DNA of 47,303 nucleotides from an uncultured Bacilli bacterium (GTDB lineage Bacteria; Bacillota_I; Bacilli_A; RF39; UBA660): NCBI GenBank assembly GCA_944363675.1, contig CALVUT010000035.1, positions 1 to 47,303 of the forward strand, read 5' to 3'. Shown piece by piece: positions 42,807 to 47,303 of this stretch (position 1 is its first letter; each line of letters starts with the position of its first letter). The notes under the pieces were generated by a model. It saw only the letters and a program-made list of their open reading frames with translations, ran no database searches and was not told where the DNA came from. The position numbers and the translations under genes were made by a program.

Positions 42807-43484
42807 ATGGAGAAGTATTTTAGGGTTGGACAATTTAATTTGAAGTTAGAGGATAAAGTGATGATTTCTTCTTTTGAACTAAATTTGCGTCAAAGTACAT
42901 GTTTACTGGGAGAAAGCGGCTCTGGGAAATCATTATTATTGAAAAAGTTGGTTTCTGATTCTTCTTTATATAACACAAATGGTACAGTTCGTTTTTATTT
43001 TGGGGAAAGTAAGAAAGTAGAGAATTGGAAAAACACTTTTCATTATTCTCAACTATCTTTTCCTTATCAAAAGTTTTTGGATTCTTTTTTGACTGATTCT
43101 TTTGCTATGGGAAATAAATTGGCAATAGCATTGAAATTGCTTGATCATCCGGATTATTTTTTTTGTGAGCAATTGCATTTGAGTGATCACGATTTTTCGC
43201 TTTTTCTTCATTTTTTGAAGGAGCAAAATATTATTCTTTTTTATGTTACCAATCAAATTGAAGAATGTGTTTTCTTTTCTTATCTTATTGTTCTTAAGAA
43301 TAATCAGATTGCGATTGAGGGCAAGATGGATTTAGTTTTAAAAGAAGAAAAGCTTATGAAATTGTTAGGTTTTTCTTTACCTTTTTATGTAAATTTATCT
43401 AAGCAGTTAGGTTATTATGGTTTGATTTCTAAAATTTATTTGAATAAAGAAGATTTAGAGGTGGCTTTATGGCAATTAAAATGA
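42807..43484 (+). CDS. EcfA-derived ABC ATPase-like protein with eroded catalytic motifs
   Basis: Walker A GESGSGKS is retained. The signature position reads FAMGN (LSGGQ expected), the Walker B position YFFCEQ (Asp lost) and the H-loop position VTNQ (His lost). The EcfA-type C-terminal LGFSLPFYVNLSKQL is present. 225 aa, against about 280 for typical EcfA. Confidence 0.6.
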   Translation: MEKYFRVGQFNLKLEDKVMISSFELNLRQSTCLLGESGSGKSLLLKKLVSDSSLYNTNGTVRFYFGESKKVENWKNTFHYSQLSFPYQKFLDSFLTDSFAMGNKLAIALKLLDHPDYFFCEQLHLSDHDFSLFLHFLKEQNIILFYVTNQIEECVFFSYLIVLKNNQIAIEGKMDLVLKEEKLMKLLGFSLPFYVNLSKQLGYYGLISKIYLNKEDLEVALWQLK

Positions 43485-44113
43485 GTCAGTTTGTAAATGA
43501 TCATGGTTTTTCTATTTTGGTTAATTTTCCTTCTAAGATTCGAGGAGTTGAAACGGATAGTTATTCTGGGTATGTTTTGGATAAGAAAATGAAAGAAAGG
43601 ACAACTGTTTTGGCCTATTTGAAAGCCATGACTTTATGTAGTGAAGAACGAATTACCAAGTGTTTACAACTGGTTAAGTTAAAGAGTAGTTTGCTTACAG
43701 TGCCTTTGGAGTATCTAACGAGTAGTGAAATTAAAAAGGTACAACTTGCTCATGCACTTCTTGTGCAGTCTAAAGTTATTGTATTGGAATATTTTTTTGA
43801 CGATTTGATTTATGTTGAACGAGAGTATTTTAAACGTTTTTTTCGCAATTTGATGTATAAGCAACATATTGCTATTATTTTAATTGAGAATGATATGGAT
43901 TTTGTTTGTGAAACGGTGCAGCGTTTTTATTTGTTTACAACTAAAGGAAAGTATAAGTTAATTACGGATTTTTATGATGATGAGATTTATAAATATGTTA
44001 AAATGCCTCATACAGTTGAAGTGATAAAGTATTTTGAAAGATGTGGTCATAAGATTGATCACGAAATTACTTTTGCTGAGACTTTGAAGGCTATATATAG
44101 GAGTGTGTCATGA
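43469..44113 (+). CDS. Second EcfA-derived protein lacking a P-loop and all catalytic residues
   Basis: No Walker A anywhere. The signature position reads LTSSE, the Walker B position VIVLEYF and the H-loop position IENDMD. RBS GAGGTGG sits 6 nt before the ATG. Position matches ecfA2 (upstream of truA-rplM-rpsI). Confidence 0.55.
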   Translation: MAIKMSQFVNDHGFSILVNFPSKIRGVETDSYSGYVLDKKMKERTTVLAYLKAMTLCSEERITKCLQLVKLKSSLLTVPLEYLTSSEIKKVQLAHALLVQSKVIVLEYFFDDLIYVEREYFKRFFRNLMYKQHIAIILIENDMDFVCETVQRFYLFTTKGKYKLITDFYDDEIYKYVKMPHTVEVIKYFERCGHKIDHEITFAETLKAIYRSVS

Positions 44114-44838
44114 AATATTTAGCGAGGATTTGGTATGATGGAAGTAAATTTCAGGGATTTCAGAGGTTAAATAATGGCTGTGGTGTTCAAAATGAGCTAG
44201 AAAGAGTCTTAAGTCTTATTGCTGGACAAAGTGTTGTGGTTAAAGGTGCCGGGCGAACTGATGCTGGGGTACACGCATTTGATCAGTGTATTCATTTTTC
44301 TATTTCTATTGATATTGATGTAGAAAAATTAAAGTATGCGATGAATCGGTTGCTCAATCCTTTTGTGGCAGTAAAAAGTATTATTACAGTGTCAAGTGAA
44401 TTTCATGCGCGTCATGATGTTATGTGTAAAAAGTATGTATATAAGATTTATTGTGGAGAAAAAAATCCTTTTCTTTCTTTGTATAGTTTAGCTTATTATC
44501 AGGATATTGATTTGAAATTAGCTCAAGAGTGTTGTCAGTTGTTTGTTGGGGTTCATGATTTTCGCAATTTTGTAGCTGGAGAAAGGGATGACTATCATTC
44601 TGAAGTTTTTTCTTTTCAAATTTTAAAGAAAGATGCCTTTTATTATTTTGAAGTAGTTGGAAAAAGTTTTTATCGGTACATGGTTCGGAAGTTAGTAGGT
44701 GCAGTATTGGATGTAGCTTCTGGAAAAGCCACCTTAAATGATGTAAAAAAATCTTTAGATTGTGATAGTGATAAACAGTTTTCTACTGTTTTGGCCAGTG
44801 GATTGTATCTTGCTGAAATTTCCTATGACAAAGTATAA
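44110..44838 (+). CDS. truA: tRNA pseudouridine(38-40) synthase TruA
   Basis: [11 protein letters not shown]-terminus and the catalytic [11 protein letters not shown] motif. Confidence 0.95.
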   Translation: MKYLARIWYDGSKFQGFQRLNNGCGVQNELERVLSLIAGQSVVVKGAGRTDAGVHAFDQCIHFSISIDIDVEKLKYAMNRLLNPFVAVKSIITVSSEFHARHDVMCKKYVYKIYCGEKNPFLSLYSLAYYQDIDLKLAQECCQLFVGVHDFRNFVAGERDDYHSEVFSFQILKKDAFYYFEVVGKSFYRYMVRKLVGAVLDVASGKATLNDVKKSLDCDSDKQFSTVLASGLYLAEISYDKV

Positions 44839-44856
44839 CTTTTTTCGCAATTTTGT

Positions 44857-44885
44857 TTGACATTAGTGTATTTATCGCATATAAT
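44857..44885 (+). promoter_or_regulatory. Consensus sigma-A promoter for rplM-rpsI
   Basis: TTGACA (44857-44862), exactly 17 nt, TATAAT (44880-44885). It is followed by a leader of ~85 nt before the rplM RBS. Confidence 0.8.
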
Positions 44886-44969
44886 TTTAATCGGTACATT
44901 TTGTTTATCTGGGTGGGGTTTGCCTTGGGAAAGCAAATTCAGGAAGGATTAGATGAAAGGATAGATAGT

Positions 44970-45401
44970 ATGAGTACATTTTTACAAAAGAAAGAAAATG
45001 TAGAACGCAAATGGTATGTTATTGATGCAACTGGTAAAAGTTTAGGCCGTGTTGCAACAAAAGCCGCTACTATATTGAGAGGTAAACATAAACCTACTTA
45101 TACACCAAGTGTTGATTGTGGTGATTATGTTATCATTATTAATGCATCTAAAGTAAAATTAACGGGTAATAAGTTAGAAGATAAGATGTATTATAACCAT
45201 TCTGGTTATCCAGGAGGACTTAGAGAACGTAATGCTAAGGAAATGATTCAAAATTATCCTGAGGAAATGATGGAAAGAGCTGTTAAAGGTATGCTTCCTC
45301 ATGGTCCATTAGGCAGACAAATGGGTAAAAAGTTATTTGTTTATCGTGATGAAAACCATAAACATATGGCTCAAAAACCTATAGAAATGAAAGTAGATTA
45401 G
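44970..45401 (+). CDS. rplM: 50S ribosomal protein L13
   Basis: From ATG 44970: [29 protein letters not shown] is the canonical L13 N-terminus. The upstream ORF-track extension contains the promoter. Confidence 0.97.
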   Translation: MSTFLQKKENVERKWYVIDATGKSLGRVATKAATILRGKHKPTYTPSVDCGDYVIIINASKVKLTGNKLEDKMYYNHSGYPGGLRERNAKEMIQNYPEEMMERAVKGMLPHGPLGRQMGKKLFVYRDENHKHMAQKPIEMKVD

Positions 45402-45412
45402 GAGGATAATTT

Positions 45413-45829
45413 ATGGCAAAACAAAGTTGGAGTGCTACTGGTAGAAGAAAAAGAGCAGTTGCTCAAGTTACTCTTACAAGTGGAACAGGTAATATTATTA
45501 TTAATGGTGTAGATGTTAATGAATATATGCCAGATAAGATCTTAGTATTAGATTTAAAACAACCTTTAACTTTAACGAATAATGAAAATCGTTTTGATAT
45601 TCATGTTACTGTTAAAGGTGGTGGATATGCTGGTCAAGCTGGAGCTATTCGTTTAGGTATTACTAGAGCTTTATTAAAGTTCGATGCAAATACAGATCAA
45701 ACAGCTGATACTGCTTATCGTAAAATTTTAAAACCTGCTGGAATGATTACTAGAGATCCTCGAGTTAAAGAACGTAAAAAATATGGTCTTAAAAAGGCTC
45801 GTCGTGCTCCTCAATTTAGTAAACGTTAA
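45413..45829 (+). CDS. rpsI: 30S ribosomal protein S9
   Basis: [12 protein letters not shown]... and the C-terminal [12 protein letters not shown] are the canonical S9 ends. RBS AGGAGG. Confidence 0.97.
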   Translation: MAKQSWSATGRRKRAVAQVTLTSGTGNIIINGVDVNEYMPDKILVLDLKQPLTLTNNENRFDIHVTVKGGGYAGQAGAIRLGITRALLKFDANTDQTADTAYRKILKPAGMITRDPRVKERKKYGLKKARRAPQFSKR

Positions 45830-45848
45830 TACAAATTATTTCTTTTCT

Positions 45849-45878
45849 CTCATAAACATAATGTTTATGAGTTTTTTT
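45849..45878 (+). terminator. Strong rho-independent terminator after rpsI
   Basis: CTCATAAACA / TGTTTATGAG 10-bp stem, 3-nt loop, T7 run. Confidence 0.9.
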
Positions 45879-46072
45879 ATGTTATTTTAGGGTATCTATT
45901 TTAGAATAAACTATAATTTAAAATTTATATGTTTTTTTTTGAATAAAAAAATTTAAATATATTAAATTTAATTTTAAGTATATAAAAGTGTTGTTAAAAT
46001 TTATAAAAAATTAAAGGGTGTGCTATATTTATATTGTCTGAATGAAAATAGAAGTGTAGGATGGTGTAAAAA

Positions 46073-47303
46073 ATGAATGCATTAACAAGAAAAAATAATA
46101 TTAAGATGGTTTATCTTATTGGTGGTATCCTGTTGATTGTTTGCCTTATAGTGGGAGTTACTTTTGCTGCTTGGCTTTTGAATTTTCAACAGTCAAATAC
46201 AAATATTGTAAATACCGATTGCTTTGATATTACTTTCCAAGAAAACAGTGATGCGATCACTTTAAATAAAGCATATCCAATATCTGATGCGGAAGGTATG
46301 AAAAGCTCGCCTTATACGTTTACTATAACCAATCAGTGTAGTTCTTCTGCTTCTTATCAAGTGAATTTAGAAGTATTAAATACCTCAACTTTAACCAACG
46401 CAAATTATATCAGTGTCATGTTTGGTAATGCGGCCCCTGATTTATTAAGTTCTTATAGTACAGTTACTCCAACTTTATCCGAGGCCAAAACATCCTATCG
46501 TCTTATGACAGGTTATTTAGATCCAAATGGAAGTGTAACCTATGATTTAAGACTATGGATAGATGAAGATGTTACTGCTGATAATACTGATTCTATGAAC
46601 AAAACTTTCCAAAGTAAAATCACTGTTGTGGCAAGTTATATCACCGAGACAGCAAGTGATTACGAAATTTGTGTCGGAAGATATGGAGAAGATAGTACCA
46701 ATTGTCAAATTATTGCTGAAGCAATGAGCGATGAAGGAGCATGTCCAACAGTTCAAGAAGATGGCAGTGTTGTTGTAAGTAACATAGAAGGAACAAACAG
46801 TTATGTTTGTAGTGCGCCAGACAATTATGGGAATTCCTATTATTTTAGAGGAAATGTTACCAACAACTATGTAAAATTTGGTAAAAACGAACAAGGCCAA
46901 GACATGTATTGGAGAATCATCCGTATCAATGGAGATGGCTCGATAAGACTCATCTATGATGGCACCAGTGCTCATGCTAATGGCGAAGTGGCCAGAGATG
47001 ATAATTATAGAAGTATTGGAGATAGTCGATATAATTCAACCTACAATGACAATGCTTACGTCGGATATATGTACGGAACACCAGGATCGAGTAGTTATGC
47101 CGAGACACATGCAAACACCAATGATAGTACAATTAAAGCGTATTTAGATGATTGGTATGAGAATGTGTTTTCAGGGACGCCCTATGAAAGTTATATTGTA
47201 GACAACTTATTTTGTAATGATCGTAGTTTACTACATGATACGGCTCAAGATTATGCAGGAGAACAATATAGTAATTTAGGCTATGGAAAAGAACGGACGG
47301 CAT
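46073..47303 (+). CDS. Secreted or membrane-anchored protein, 3' end outside the window (absent from the ORF track)
   Basis: My own translation from ATG 46073 stays open to the window end (410 codons). MNALTRKNNIKMVYLIGGILLIVCLIVGVTFAAWLLNF... has one N-terminal hydrophobic helix followed by Ser/Thr/Asn-rich, beta-type sequence. RBS AGGATGGTG. The two track ORFs here (46553-46975 minus, 46956-47147 plus) lie inside it in other frames. Confidence 0.7.
   Translation, partial: MNALTRKNNIKMVYLIGGILLIVCLIVGVTFAAWLLNFQQSNTNIVNTDCFDITFQENSDAITLNKAYPISDAEGMKSSPYTFTITNQCSSSASYQVNLEVLNTSTLTNANYISVMFGNAAPDLLSSYSTVTPTLSEAKTSYRLMTGYLDPNGSVTYDLRLWIDEDVTADNTDSMNKTFQSKITVVASYITETASDYEICVGRYGEDSTNCQIIAEAMSDEGACPTVQEDGSVVVSNIEGTNSYVCSAPDNYGNSYYFRGNVTNNYVKFGKNEQGQDMYWRIIRINGDGSIRLIYDGTSAHANGEVARDDNYRSIGDSRYNSTYNDNAYVGYMYGTPGSSSYAETHANTNDSTIKAYLDDWYENVFSGTPYESYIVDNLFCNDRSLLHDTAQDYAGEQYSNLGYGKERTA

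Noticed and set aside
44853-44969. N-terminal 39-codon extension of rplM given by the ORF track
   Set aside because: It contains a perfect TTGACA-17-TATAAT promoter. L13 homology starts at ATG 44970. The ~85-nt leader might be an L13-type autoregulatory leader, but I could only see a weak TTTGC/GCAAA hairpin, so I do not call it.

Overview
AT-rich, origin-proximal chromosome segment of a low-GC Bacillota (Firmicutes) genome. Genetic code 11 fits, because TGA acts as a stop and Trp is TGG. Every credible gene lies on the + strand, and the order is a compressed version of the B. subtilis 0-70 kb map. In order: (1) bipartite oriC around dnaA, then dnaN, a ComK-family gene where yaaA normally sits, recF, gyrB and gyrA. 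(2) A 1.27 kb non-coding block (9205-10452) with seven exact copies of the consensus parS palindrome. Five of them directly abut a TTATNCACA-class DnaA box, and the block is built from duplicated modules. (3) A short SRP RNA missed by the ORF track, then tadA, dnaX, ybaB, recR, bofA, holB, yaaT/ricT, a methyltransferase, pth, mfd, spoVT, a Met T-box leader, metG and tatD. (4) A ~15.8 kb type VIIb secretion island (23.1-38.9 kb) inserted between tatD and a yabE-like 3D-domain gene. It encodes a fused double-WXG protein, EssC, a YukD/EsaB-like protein, two WXG100-like proteins, a helical partner, a 2713-aa multidomain putative effector, a candidate immunity protein and a DUF4176-like protein. 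No EsaA, EssA or EssB candidates are present. (5) rsmA, yabG, veg, spoVG, yabP, yabQ, divIC, two catalytically degenerate EcfA-like ORFs with no EcfT, truA, rplM and rpsI. (6) A 3'-truncated secreted-protein ORF that runs off the window and is absent from the ORF track. No tRNA, rRNA, CRISPR array, transposase or integrase was recognised. All family assignments come from motif recognition by eye; no database search or folding program was run.
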